Positions 52,620-64,000 of a stretch of 64,000 bases of DNA are shown here, in pieces. Source of the DNA: Camelus ferus (taxonomy: Eukaryota). Each line of letters begins with the position of its first letter. Position 1 is the stretch's first letter. The stretch spans positions 88,786,001 to 88,850,000 of the forward strand of contig NC_045696.1 of assembly GCF_009834535.1 (NCBI RefSeq), read 5' to 3'. A program made the translations under genes and the position numbers. Below the pieces are notes generated by a model. That model was not told where the DNA came from. It was given only the letters and a program-made list of their open reading frames with translations, and made no database searches.

Positions 52620-54630
52620 ATGTAATTATGTGTATTTGATTATTTTTATAATTAGAAAACAAAAGAAAGATAAATAAGAAACTAATGAAAATAATTACAG
52701 GTTGGGGTTGGATGGGAAAGGCTAGGATGTGAGCCAGACTTCTCTGAATATACCTTTTTATATAGTTTTCACATTTGAGGCATGTAAATATTCTATGAAT
52801 TCAAAAATTAAAAGGAATATTAACTCAAAAGATAGAGTCAAATTATAAATTGAATACAAATAGCAAAAATCACCTAAAATCATATCATATTTATAATATA
52901 GATATACAAAAATTAATTAAAGTAACTTTTGAACACAGCGCTCTGAATAAAAACAGAAATAACTAAAAAGATGTCTTGAACTTTCCTGAATGGGTTTATT
53001 CAAGATGGTGCTATTGGTATAGTGATTCTGAAAGTATTTTGTTGTGCTGTAGCATAGGGCAAATGAGTAAGTATATTGATGCTTTTTAGAACCAGAGTTC
53101 TTTGTAGGAGAAGAGGGATACAAACAGGAATGGGGAAGATAAGGATAAATTCTATGGCGTCAATTCAATTTGGATGTAACTATTATTTTTTAAAAAATGT
53201 GTGTGTGTGTATGTATATATATGTATATACATACATAAATGTTTCCTTGCTTTTTCTATTGAATGGACCTTTAAGTGGTGACACCCCAGTAACAATGAGC
53301 ACAGCTAGCATCATTATTCTTTTTCTAAATGCCATTCCCTAATGAAAGGAGAAATAGTTAATTCCAGGTCTGAGGCACCCGAGTAGGGAAAGTACAAGAT
53401 GACTCAGTGTCCTCCCAAACAAGGAATTACTCAAAGACAAATAGGAACATGTCAACAGAACACGGAAGCTGGCTTCAAGGGGCTTCACCTGGGCAAATTT
53501 GGGACAGTTTGAGCATCAAAAAGAATAATGATAGAAACAGATTATAACAGTGTCAGTAACAATACAAATTCCAGAAACTTCCTTCACACCCTCCGTCCCC
53601 AGATAGTCTGAGTAATAGGTCTGGGGTGGGGTTTGAGAATTTAAATTTCTAAGCAGCTTGCAGGTGATGCTGCTGCAGCTAATCTATGGACCTCAGTTTG
53701 AATAGTGCTGGATTATAAGACTTTGAATTTAAAAATATCGAGAGAGAGAGAGAAGTTGATTGCTTACAGAGAAGGGGAATCAAAAAGAAAGCTCTTTTTT
53801 TACCGAAGAATGCCAGTTGATAAATGTACAAGAAGAAACAAGTTTAGAAAATCATTGCTTTGCAATTCTCAATGTAACAACTAATTCAGAAAAGGATCAT
53901 CACTAGATGATAAAACCATTAAGAGAAAGGTTTTGGGGGAACTGGATGTTCATAAGATCTCAAAATATCGTACTTATTATACCAAATTACTTATTAAGAA
54001 CAAGGGCAAAAGTTATATTTTTGCCATGGGAAAATCTAGTGGGCACTGTCATAAAAGAAGTGATCAAATGTAGCATCATCAGTAATGGGACACTATGTGC
54101 CTCCTAATGGATGCAGTGGGAATTACAGCTTCACTTGTGGAATACTCTTGCCAAAAATGTTCAACTTGAATTTAATCATGAAGGAACAGTCAGAGAAATC
54201 CAGACTGTGGGACATTCTTTAAATTATCTGGACTAGATTCTGCAGAAATTTCTAGATCATGGAAAAACAGGAAAAGACAGGGAAGACACTCTGAGTTGAA
54301 AGTGACGTAACCAAATGGAATAGATCTTGGATCAAAAAAATTATGTTTTATTTGAAGGGAAATTCAATTACAGACTCAGATGATATTTAATTAATGTTTT
54401 AAATCTTATGTATAATATACTGTTATTACATAAGAGAGCGTCCATTTTAAGGAGACAGGTGATAAAGTATTTAGGTTGAAGTGTCAGGATGATTGTACTT
54501 GTGTGTGTGTGTGTGTAGAAAGAGCACAGATATGGCCAAATTGTTACAACTGTTTAAGTGAAAAGTACACCTGTGTTAATTTTACTTTCAAGTTTTCTAA
54601 AGGCTTGAAATTTTTCAAAATAAAAAGTTG
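52620..54630 (+). mobile_element. Old L1MC-like 3' UTR containing a MER5A-like MITE (about 53560-53712)
   Basis: gggacagtttgagcatcaaaaagaataatga, aaatccagactgtgggacattct. MITE motif ggtctggggtggggtttgagaatt...caggtgatgctg. Confidence 0.65.
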
Positions 54631-55139
54631 GAGAAATATTAAATCCCTTTCCCTTCCTGTTTTGGGGTGGGTCAAATGGGGGTCCTAGAATGGGCAGGGA
54701 AGAGGGGACTTCTGTGGAAATGAAGACTGGGGAAATGAGGGTTTCGGGACATAGGATCAAGAAGCATGATCCTGCTGTATCAAGATAATTAACAGTGGTG
54801 GCGGTAACAACCTCCAAATTGCCATGGCTTAACACAATGGAAGTTTGTTTCTTGTTCAAGTCACTGTTCTAATTGTGAAAACTGAGGCTCAGAAAGGTGA
54901 AGTAAACTGCCTAAGAGCCAAAACAAGTGACAAACCAGAATTCTCACCCAGCTGTGGCTATGTTCATTTCAGTGCAGCACACTGTCCCTGAGGGAGGGGC
55001 TTGCTTGGGGGGAACTGAGGTTAGAGTGAGACTGTCCTAGATCCAGACCTGCCATTCTTTTCACTCTGCATTATCAGATACATATTCCATCCCAAGAGGC
55101 AGCCTGGGACCCTGACAAGCCCTCATTTTAAGGTTCAGA

Positions 55140-55820
55140 CCATTCATTCATTCCTTCTCCAAATATCTGTTAAATACCTTTTATGTCGTAAGCACTATTC
55201 TAGGATACAACAGTGAACAAAGTTCCTGCTCCCAAGGAGCTTACCTTCTAGGGAGGGAAAGATACAATAAGTGAGTAAATGAGTGAATGATATACTTTGA
55301 GACCATAATAAATACTATGAAAAATCAAAGCAGGGTAAGAGGTAGGGGGTGGCAGGGATGAGGAGGATCATTTAGCTAAGGATTCAAAGAATGCTCTGCA
55401 TATTTGATTGGAGAATGGAAGGATTTGAAGCCTGGAGAACAGTGTATTCTAAGCTGGGGAGACAGCAAGTTTACGGCCACAGAGGCTGTAGCAAATTAGC
55501 AGCAAAAGAGGGACATTAAGGCAAGAGTGGCTGGAGAGGGAGAGAGTGAGAGAAGTAAGAGGTTGGCACCAGGTAGGGTAAGCAGTGAACAGCTGGGACT
55601 AAGACAAGGCAGTGATGTGATCTGATTTCCACTTTTAGACCTCTCCTGCAGAATTCTGCCATCCGTCCAGGTGAGAATTGATGAAGGCCTGGTGGTAGTG
55701 ATGAGGACTGAGAAGTGGCCAGAAGGGAGAGGCATTTTGAAGAAAGAACTGACAGGATTTCCCAATAGATGTTGGTTATATGGGGGAAAGGAAGATGGCT
55801 CCTAGGCTTTCAGTCCAAGA
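55140..55820 (-). mobile_element. L2 3' end
   Basis: cattcattcattcc...aaatatctgttaaatacct terminus followed by purine-rich body. Confidence 0.75.
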
Positions 55821-56276
55821 AATACTCTGACACATAGTCCCATTTTGTTAATAGAAACAGTAATTTAATGGTAAAATCTGTATGTGCCACATTATTGTTG
55901 AATTCACTGTATAATAATAATTACATTTGTTTTTTTTTTTAATCTTGGAAATCAGAGGACTAGGTTTAGTAACTGCTTAACTGGTTCCTCATTTCTTTAA
56001 AATATTGTTGATAATATTCATTATGTCTCCCTGCAAGATTTCATGAGGACAAAATGAGGTAATGTTTGGAAAATATTACTCAGATGGTTACCATCTAATA
56101 ACCAATTTTTATATTTGTGTGGTACTTTCAAGGTAAAATGTGCTTTCTTGTGCTTGAAGTAATTTAATCTGCTGATCATTATGCTAAAAATCTGGTGGAT
56201 GTTATGTCCCAAATTATGTTAAAATACTGTTAGCAATGCCAAAGGAGAAGTCTGTCTGGCTTCTCTCTGCTTCTCA

Positions 56277-56311
<35 letters not shown>
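56277..56311. repeat. (GTCT)n tetranucleotide microsatellite
   Basis: Directly visible, about 8 units. Confidence 0.95.
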
Positions 56312-56732
56312 CATCTCTGGAGAGAGAGTTCATGCAAACAAGAACAGGGCGACCCCAGGGTCTGCAGAAGCCTGACAGTTGCTGTTTTGAGGGTAGTTCT
56401 TTCACATACCCAACACGCTGAAGCCTCTGCAGATTGTCCCTCAGTGCTACCTACAAGAGGCAATATATCAGGACACTCCATCTGAAATCCTCGATCTTCC
56501 TTGGTTTTGCTGAACCTGATTTGTTCATCATCAGAACATAGTAATGTTCAACTTTTTAAAATGACAAATTAACTGTAAAAGGGAACAGTCACTGCTACTG
56601 CTTATATATTTGCTGTTCTTTATTCTTACGCCCCGTAGGGATTTTTTTCACCTCAGAATACATAGAAAGTCAGATAGAAATATTTAACTGATATTTACTA
56701 TTCACATTCTAAATCATTAACCATGCTATTTT

Positions 56733-57294
56733 TTTAACTCCTTTTTTTTTTTTTAGTTAATGTATAGTCACTTTATAATGTGTCAGTTTTTGGTGTACAG
56801 CATAATGTTTCTATCATACATATACATACGTATATTCATTTTCATATTCTTTTACAAGATGTTGAATATAGTTCCCTGTGCTATACAGAATAAACTTGTT
56901 GTTTATTCTGTCTTATAGTAGTTAATATTTGCAAATCTTGAACCCCCAATTTATCCCTTCCCACTCCTTTTTCCCCCAGTAACCATAAGTTTGTTTACTA
57001 TGTATGTGAGTCTGTTTCTGTTTTGTAGATAAGTTCATTGGTGTCTTCTTTTTTCCTTTTTTCAGATTCCACGTATGAATGATATCATATGGTATTTTTC
57101 TTTCTCTTTCTGGCTTACTTCTCTTAGAATGACTATCTCCAGGTCCATCCATGTTGTTGCAAGTGGCATTATTTTACTCTTTTATGGCTCAGTAGTAGTC
57201 CATTGTATAAACATACCACAGACTCTTTATCCAGTCACCTGTCAATGAACATTTAGGTTGTTTCCATGTCTTGACTATTGTATATAGTGTTCAG
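56733..57294 (-). mobile_element. Lineage-specific L1 3' end
   Basis: 11-bp TSD catgctatttt at 56722-56732 and 57295-57305. Same 3' UTR type as 20497-20670. Confidence 0.92.
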
Positions 57295-57491
57295 CATGCT
57301 ATTTTGATCAAAATTTTGCTTTGTTACACATGGATAACAGAGAATAAGATATATGACAGTAATAAATATAAGGATGTTAATATCCACAGCCTCTTCTCAC
57401 CTGCTAAAGAATATTTTGTTGATGTTCATCTAATCTTTTCCTCTTCCATCAATTCTGGGCTTTATTAGGTAGATCAGAATGAAAAGTGTAC

Positions 57492-57493
<2 letters not shown>

Positions 57494-57532
<39 letters not shown>
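57494..57532. repeat. (GT)19 microsatellite
   Basis: Directly visible. Confidence 0.97.
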
Positions 57533-57535
<3 letters not shown>

Positions 57536-58341
57536 AAGAGTGTAGAGGAGCATGCTAGGGAGAGCAGAAGGGAATGCCAAAGAAAGGAAAAATTGGTAAA
57601 ATTTACCTTGAAAAGAAAGCAAGTGACTGACAGAAGAAAATAGATGGATCCCAGGGAAGAGAGGGGAAAAAGCATGAGAGTGTTTTTAAGTTTCTTGGAG
57701 GATATTAGAGACTTTTGAGGAACAGCTGTTGTATGGGGAGAGATGTTGAAATGACAGATAGGAAAGAGCTACTGGTAAGGTTTGCTCTACATTAAAAATG
57801 TATCTGCTCACCACACCCACCAAACCCACCACACATATCCAGAGTTTTCTGAAGTAGACATTTTAATTGCCTTTCAATATTTTAGGGGACTGTTTCCTCT
57901 GAATTTTACATTATGCTAAGACTGGGCCACAAAGTAGTTGGCTTAATTCAGTCTACCACAATACTCAGAAACACCAGGAGACATTTTCTATTCTGATATT
58001 TCCTATAGATATAAGTTAGTGACCCCTAATTTTAAGATTATTAGGAAGATTTTTTTTAATCACATAGGGAAAATGGTAAAGGATGATGCACTTTAAAAAG
58101 ATGTGTATTTACGATTTTAATAATTTTGTAAAATTAGGAAGAACTCTACTATAAAGCATGTAACATTGCCACTCCCTTGAGACCTTCCTGAAATCAGAAA
58201 CTTTGTCATAGTTTTTCAGTATGTTTCTTACATTTCTATTATTGTACTTAATTCATTCTGCCTGGTTGTTTTTTTCCAAGAAACTTCTTAATATAAAAGC
58301 AATATATTGTGGCATGAATCTGTTCATTCCCTGCCCCCCCC

Positions 58342-59068
58342 CAGCTTTATGAACTATAATTGACAAATAAATTGAAATCTATTATATAATACATATATAA
58401 TAATATATTAAAGTACACAACATGATTTGATTTCATATACATTGTGAAAGGATTCCCACAAGAGAGCTAATTAACACATCCTCCATCACCTCACATAGTT
58501 ACTGTTTTTTTGGTGGTGGGAATGTTTAAGATTTACTTTCTTGGCAAATATCAAGGATATATTACAATGTTAGTAACTATAGTCACTATGCTGTACATTA
58601 GATCCTCACAACTTATTCATCTTATAATTGACAGTTTGTACCGTTTTATCAACTTCCGCCATCACCCCACCAACCACCACCATCACCCTTGGCAACTACC
58701 AATCCACTTTCTGTTTTAATGAGTTTGGCTTTTTTAGATTCCACATATAAGTAAGATCATACAGTATTTGTCTTTCTCTGTCTGACTTATTTCACCTAGC
58801 ATAGTTCCAAACTCCAGTTTCATCCATGTTATAAATGTCAGGATTTCCTTCTTTTCATGGATGAATAATATTCCATTGTATACATACACCATATTTTCTT
58901 TATCCATTCATCCATCGATGGGCACTTAGGTTGTTTCCATGTCTTGGCCATTGTGAATAATATTGTAATGAACATGGGAGTGCAGATATCTCTTCAAGGT
59001 AGTGATTTCATTTCCTTTGAGTATATACCTAGAAGTTGGATTGCTGGATCATATGGTAGTTCTATTTA
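58342..59068 (-). mobile_element. L1MA9-like 3' end
   Basis: cagctttatgaactataattgacaaat...ttagattccacatataagtaagatcatacag...ggatcatatggtagttctattt. Confidence 0.88.
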
Positions 59069-59144
59069 GTGTGGGTTTATTCTTAATTGAGTTCAATGAA
59101 GGCAGAGGCCATACCTTATTTATAAAACAATATCATGGCAATTT

Positions 59145-59400
59145 ACAGCACAAGCCTTGAAGTCAGACACCTGAGTTTGAACCTTGGCTCTGCCACTCCT
59201 CAGTTAAAATACCAGATAGTTTTTTTGTGATTGTTATTGTTGTTTAACCTTATTTAGTCGCAGTAGTCTTATCTGTAAAATTGAGATAATAATGCCTATT
59301 TCTCTCAGGGCAGTTGTGAACATTAAATGAGGATATGTATGAAAGCATTTAACACGATTCCTGGCACACACAGTATTCAACCAATGGCAACTATAATTAA
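59145..59400 (+). mobile_element. MIR SINE
   Basis: agtcagacacctgagtttgaaccttggctctgccact...atctgtaaaattgagataataat...cctggcacacacagtattcaa. Confidence 0.82.
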
Positions 59401-60307
59401 GTATATGTCTACTTTATTATTTGAATCCATACTGCATAGCATAGAAGGAGCTACTCAGATCAGATCTGTTGTTTGCTGAACAACAGGTCATAGCTAAGAT
59501 GAGAGAAGAAAACTACAGAAGGAATTCAGGGGCTGGCACCCTTGCTTTACTGTACCTTTATTTTTCTCTGTGACTTTAAGATTTGGAGTCCTGGGGGCTG
59601 CAGTGGGGGCTTGAAGCCTGCTTCCAGTCCAAAAGAGCCTTGTTGGAGGTGAGGTAGGAGCAAAGAGTGTCTTCTACTAGTACCATGGCTTCCCTGGGAG
59701 TTCTGAGCCTCTCAGGCGAATTCCAATTCAGTCTCCAGCTCCTTCTCACCTCCTGCCCTCCCACAATGTCTTTGGAGAGTCTCCTAGTGATGGGAATTTC
59801 CAGTGACTAACCTGCACCTTCACGGGGTCCCTGGGAATAAGGGCCCTCTTAAACACCACCTCCTGCATGAAGCACTTCCTGTTTCCCCAGATCAGAGTGT
59901 CTCCTGTTATAGCATTTAGCACTTATTGCCCTACTTGGGCTACTGGCTTCACATTGTTTCCCCTGTGAATGACAAGATCTGTGAGAGCAAAGTCTAACTC
60001 TGGTTCCTGTTTGATCAGTACAGTGAACTGTACATATGTTCCCAAGTAATAACTGTTATACTGAAATCTACTGAAGCCGGTTTTGGGATTGCAGCCTGGA
60101 ACTGAGCCATAAATAAGCCCAGACCTTGCACTAAACCCTAAGGACCCTGATTCCTGAGCTTTAAGATACAAATTCTGCTCCCTATAGGAGAGCATAGCCT
60201 CTGGGGAATTAACAGCCTGGAGTTCATCGTTTGACTCATTGTAGGAAGTTCCCAGCAATAGATTTCAAAAAACTGGCAGGAATGGAGAAAGAAAAAAAAA
60301 AAAAAAC

Positions 60308-60313
60308 TTTATT
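60308..60313 (-). terminator. Probable ARL14 polyadenylation signal (AATAAA)
   Basis: tttatt on + strand about 460 nt past the stop, followed on - strand by a U-rich tract. A second AATAAA lies at 60523-60528. Confidence 0.6.
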
Positions 60314-60774
60314 TAGGAGATAGGGGTTTACAAAATGTTAACATCCAACGTTTTCCTCTCCATAATTTAAAGTTCATTTTTTTATACCACCCAGCTATCT
60401 CATAGGAGGATGGTGGAAATTCAATACCTGTAACAACTGGAACAATCTGAAAGAATTCTGACTCTATTAGCAGGTTACTTAAACTTTGTTCTAGTAGTCA
60501 TTAAAAAATAATACAGCAAGAATTTATTTGGTCCCAAATATGATTATCCTGAATCATCCAACATGTACAAAATTATAAAAATTTCCTTCTCAATTATCAT
60601 TACCACATAGTTTTCTAAAGTGCCTGGACCAAAATAATATTTTCTAGATATTATTCTGAGTTGTTTAATTGAATTTTCCTAAAATTTTACCAACTCAGCA
60701 ACTTGCTTTTCTCACTTGGTCTGGAAAAAAATTACCCTTTCAACTTCATCAGTGTCTCTTTCCGCACTTGGACC

Positions 60775-61347
60775 TCAGTTCTGCTTGAAGAATGCTAAAG
60801 TGTCTCCTCTTGATTTCATGCGGCTTTTCACAAACCCAGTTAGCTTCTGGAACCCCTCCACCAGCCCGTCTCCGGTGACGGCGCAGCAGGGTTGCACATA
60901 CCAGTTCCGGTCACTGCAGAGTTTTTTCACTTTGAACATTCTGGTGATGTCCTCTGCCGTCAGAGCTCCAGGCACATCTTGTTTGTTGGCTAACAGGACA
61001 ACAGGCACATTTTGAATGTGCTCGTTTTTCAAAATGTGCTCAAATTCTCTCCTGGAGTCTTCCAGCCGCTGATTGTCCGTACTATCCACAACATACACCA
61101 GCCCGTCGGTGTTCTCACAGAAATCACCCCACACAGTTCTCATTTTTTCCTGTCCTCCAATGTCCCAGACCGTGAGCAAGAGACCCCTTTCCAGCTCGAT
61201 CATCTCCACGTTGAAACCTATTGTTGGGAAGGTCACAATATCCTTAGCAAGCTTTAATTTATAAAGGAGTGTAGACTTCCCAGCAGAGTCAAGTCCCAGA
61301 AGAAGAATTTGGGCTTGCTTGAGGTTTTTAGACTTCAACAAACCCAT
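60775..61347 (-). CDS. ARL14: ADP-ribosylation factor-like protein 14 (ARL14/ARF7), intronless, 190 aa
   Basis: Intact ORF with Arf-family motifs: Gly2, P-loop GLDSAGKST, PTIGFNVE, WDIGGQ, NKQD, CCA. C-terminus MKSRGDTLAFFKQN matches recalled mammalian ARL14. Good Kozak context (G at -3, G at +4). Confidence 0.97.
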   Translation of the reverse strand: MGLLKSKNLKQAQILLLGLDSAGKSTLLYKLKLAKDIVTFPTIGFNVEMIELERGLLLTVWDIGGQEKMRTVWGDFCENTDGLVYVVDSTDNQRLEDSRREFEHILKNEHIQNVPVVLLANKQDVPGALTAEDITRMFKVKKLCSDRNWYVQPCCAVTGDGLVEGFQKLTGFVKSRMKSRGDTLAFFKQN

Positions 61348-61800
61348 TTCAGGCTTTTTTTTTCCCCCTTTAGGGAAAAAAACCCTCTCTTGGCCAGAGA
61401 CAATGTTTCCTCTCAGATCTTACATGAAAGAATTAGGAGGAAAGAAGAGAGCAAATGCTTCATATTATATTGTACGAATAGGAACTTGTGTGCATTTATG
61501 TTGTAGCTTATCATCTTGATTATGGGCAAACAGTGTTTTATTTCCAGTCCCAGCCAATCCTGAGGAATCTGTGGTGTGAGTAACCAGCCAGTGTCGTAGA
61601 AGCTCAAAGGGGAAATTCTTTGTGAGTGAGTGGGACTTGGGAGGGGCCTGCCTGCGTGACACTGCAGCCGGTTCTCTTCCAGACATTGGAAATCGAGGGT
61701 AATCAAAGGTTCAGACATGCATGGGAGCATGGTTTGGTAGCAGAGTAAAAACTTTACAGGTGGTTTGTAGACCTTCTCTAGTTATTTGACCATTTATCTT
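61348..61800 (-). promoter_or_regulatory. ARL14 5' UTR and proximal promoter
   Basis: Non-repeat sequence upstream of the ATG. TATA-like TATATAA on - strand (61463-61469), kB-like GGGAAATTCT (61610-61619), TCF/LEF-type AATCAAAGG (61701-61709). TSS cannot be fixed from sequence. Confidence 0.55.
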
Positions 61801-62109
61801 ATCCCAGTTTTAAATAAAAAACCAGACTTCTGAAATGGTGAAGACATAGTTCATCTCATACTTCCCTGAACAGTATCTTTATTACTTCTCCTTTTCCAGA
61901 TTATTCAGTAGGTAACTTTAAACCATCCAAAGTTATCTGAACCTTACTCCTGTAATCATATAGAGAATCACTTCCTTAATCTTCTAGGTAGAAAATTTAC
62001 ACTCTTCACAAGACTGAATTTACAGGGGGGAAGTTTGTAACAAACACTTTTAAAATTAAGCAGTCTGATTAAAGGTGGCAGATTGAATACATGCATTTAT
62101 CTCTTCTCC

Positions 62110-63120
62110 TTCTCAAGACTCCACCAAAATGGTGGTAAAGGAATAAAAAGAAAATATGAATCCATAACAAGAGCAGGAGAGTCCATCAACAGAGTTCTGG
62201 AAGGTGGAATATAGGTGGAAGATGAATTGGGAACTGATGCAGCAGAATAAAGCAGAGGCTTAGAGTGCTGATGCCCAGGATACCAAGGGAAGAAGCAAGA
62301 GGAATGACTGAAAACAGAGAATTGCTCTAAGTCTGAATAAGGAGCAGAAAACACACACACACCTCTGCTGGGTGACCATTCAGAATGAGATGTTATTCCC
62401 CAAGCCCCCCCCAAAAAAAACCCAAAACCCTTCTATCTAAAAAATTTGTATGATGTCAGAGAAAAGACCATGTTTTAACAGTTGGGAGTTTCCACATCAT
62501 AATGCCTAACTTAGCATTTAATTAACCTGTCACCAACCTGGCAGTTGGTAAACCTTGCTCATGTACATGGATCTCTCAGTGCACAGAGGTTTTCACACTT
62601 TATACATAACATGCCTTCAATATGATGAGAGAAGGACCAAGGTAAAAATAAGAAGGCTTTAAGAAAGTTTTAACAGAGGTAATGCAGGGAACAGAAGAAA
62701 ATTTTCAGCAAGGTCTAATTAATATTTCCAGAGAGCTGAATATATTGCATCCACAAAATGAGAAATGAATGCTATTTAAAAGGCCACTCAAAAAATAAAA
62801 ACGTAACTCTTGAAAATTAAAAATACAGTTTCCAAAATTTAAAAAGATCAATAATAGGTTGGAAGAAAACCTTTCAAAAGTAGAAGGTAGAAAGTATGAA
62901 AGAAAAGATGAGATGTAGAAAATCAGCCCAGAAGTTTCAACATCTGACTTGTAGAACTTTATTCTAGAGAGAATGGAAAATATGTAAAGAGGAAATTATC
63001 AAAGAAACAATATAATGCTATTTTCCAAAGCTAAAGAATAAACTCTCCAGACTGAAAGCCTTCCCCAAAATGTTTAGCAACTTGAATTTTAAAAGAGCTA
63101 TACTAAGGCATGTAATATAC
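62110..63120 (+). mobile_element. Old L1 5' UTR/ORF1 remnant
   Basis: A-rich degenerate ORF1-like sequence (aactcttgaaaattaaaaatac, gaggaaattatcaaagaaacaata). Confidence 0.55.
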
Positions 63121-63264
63121 ATGTTTATTTTATTATTTTTTTTAAAATTAAGTAGACTATTCTGGATGTAGGAAGTACAGTTATGAAGAAATTAGGTAAA
63201 CCTTTAAAAACATTAAATTCTTAACCAACTCATCTTGTTTCGTCTCAGAAATAAGAGATAACAT

Positions 63265-63785
63265 TTTCATTCATTTCTTTATCCATTTATTCAACAAATA
63301 TATAATATATATATCTTTTATATATATATATAAAGAGAGAGATTACCTACTGTGTGAACCACCATGTGCTAGATTCCAGGGAGAACACAAAGATAAGTTA
63401 GACCTGCCCTTAGGTGGCTTTCATTGGGGAAAAGGTAAAAGATAAATGAACAAACAAAAATAATAATACAAAGTTTTAAAAAATGTAAATGCTGGGCGTA
63501 GGTTATAGCTCAGTGGTAAAGCACATGCTTAGCATGCACAGGGTCCTGGATTCAGTCCCCAGTACCTCCATCAAATAAATAAAAACCTAATTACCTCCCC
63601 TGCCCAAAAAAACCAAACCCCCAAAATAAAAATTTTTTTAAATGTAAATGCTATAAGAAGAGAATAGCTAACATATTCTGGGAGTCAAAGATTATTTCAG
63701 GATGGAGGGCATCAAGGAAATCACCCTAGAGAAGGTTAAACATCAAACCAGGCCTTGTAGAGATGTGGTAGGGGAAGGATATTTA
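63265..63785 (-). mobile_element. L2 3' end split by a SINE
   Basis: ttcattcatttc...ttattcaacaaata...acctactgtgtgaaccaccatgtgctag. Confidence 0.75.
63494..63639 (+). mobile_element. tRNA-Ala-derived camelid SINE inserted in an L2
   Basis: 13-bp TSD aaatgtaaatgct at 63481-63493 and 63640-63652. Confidence 0.92.
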
Positions 63786-64000
63786 TTAAAGAGATGGTCT
63801 GTGTGAGCAGGGTTTCAGAAATGGGAACACATAGGATATATATGGAAAAACAACAGGAATGCAAGTATGCACATGAATTTTTTTTCCCACAACCTGTTCA
63901 GCTATCATGAAAAAACCATCAGACAAATCTAGACTGTAGGACGTGTTACAAGACAACAGACCCAGACTTTTCAAAATATGTCCATGTCTTGAAAGAAGAA

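Noticed and set aside
60716..61264. Plus-strand ORFs overlapping ARL14
   Set aside because: Antisense shadows of the real CDS.
1..64000. CRISPR arrays, operons or other prokaryotic systems
   Set aside because: Sequence is mammalian. Direct repeats seen are TSDs and microsatellites, with no repeat-spacer periodicity.

Overview
Mammalian, repeat-dense, AT-rich genomic DNA, very probably from a camelid (six tRNA-Ala(AGC)-derived SINEs of the vic-1 type plus cetartiodactyl-type L1 3' ends). The only convincing protein-coding gene is the intronless small GTPase ARL14 (minus strand, 60775-61347). From recalled human synteny (KPNA4-ARL14-PPM1L), the rest of the window is the gap downstream of ARL14 toward PPM1L. 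Most of it is transposon fossil: L1, L2, MIR, MaLR/ERVL/ERV1 solo LTRs, an ERVL gag remnant and hAT DNA transposons. Repeat subfamily names are by eye and most boundaries without target-site duplications (TSDs) are approximate. The best unexplained signal is an orphan CpG-rich promoter at about 44850-45200. It has CRE modules in mirror-image arrangement, GC boxes and a splice donor on each side, suggesting an unannotated bidirectional transcription unit whose plus arm would run antisense toward ARL14. Also notable: clustered NF-kB motifs around ARL14, possible ARL14 uORFs, a tailless 5S retropseudogene and 5'-inverted L1 insertions. No prokaryotic-type system is present.
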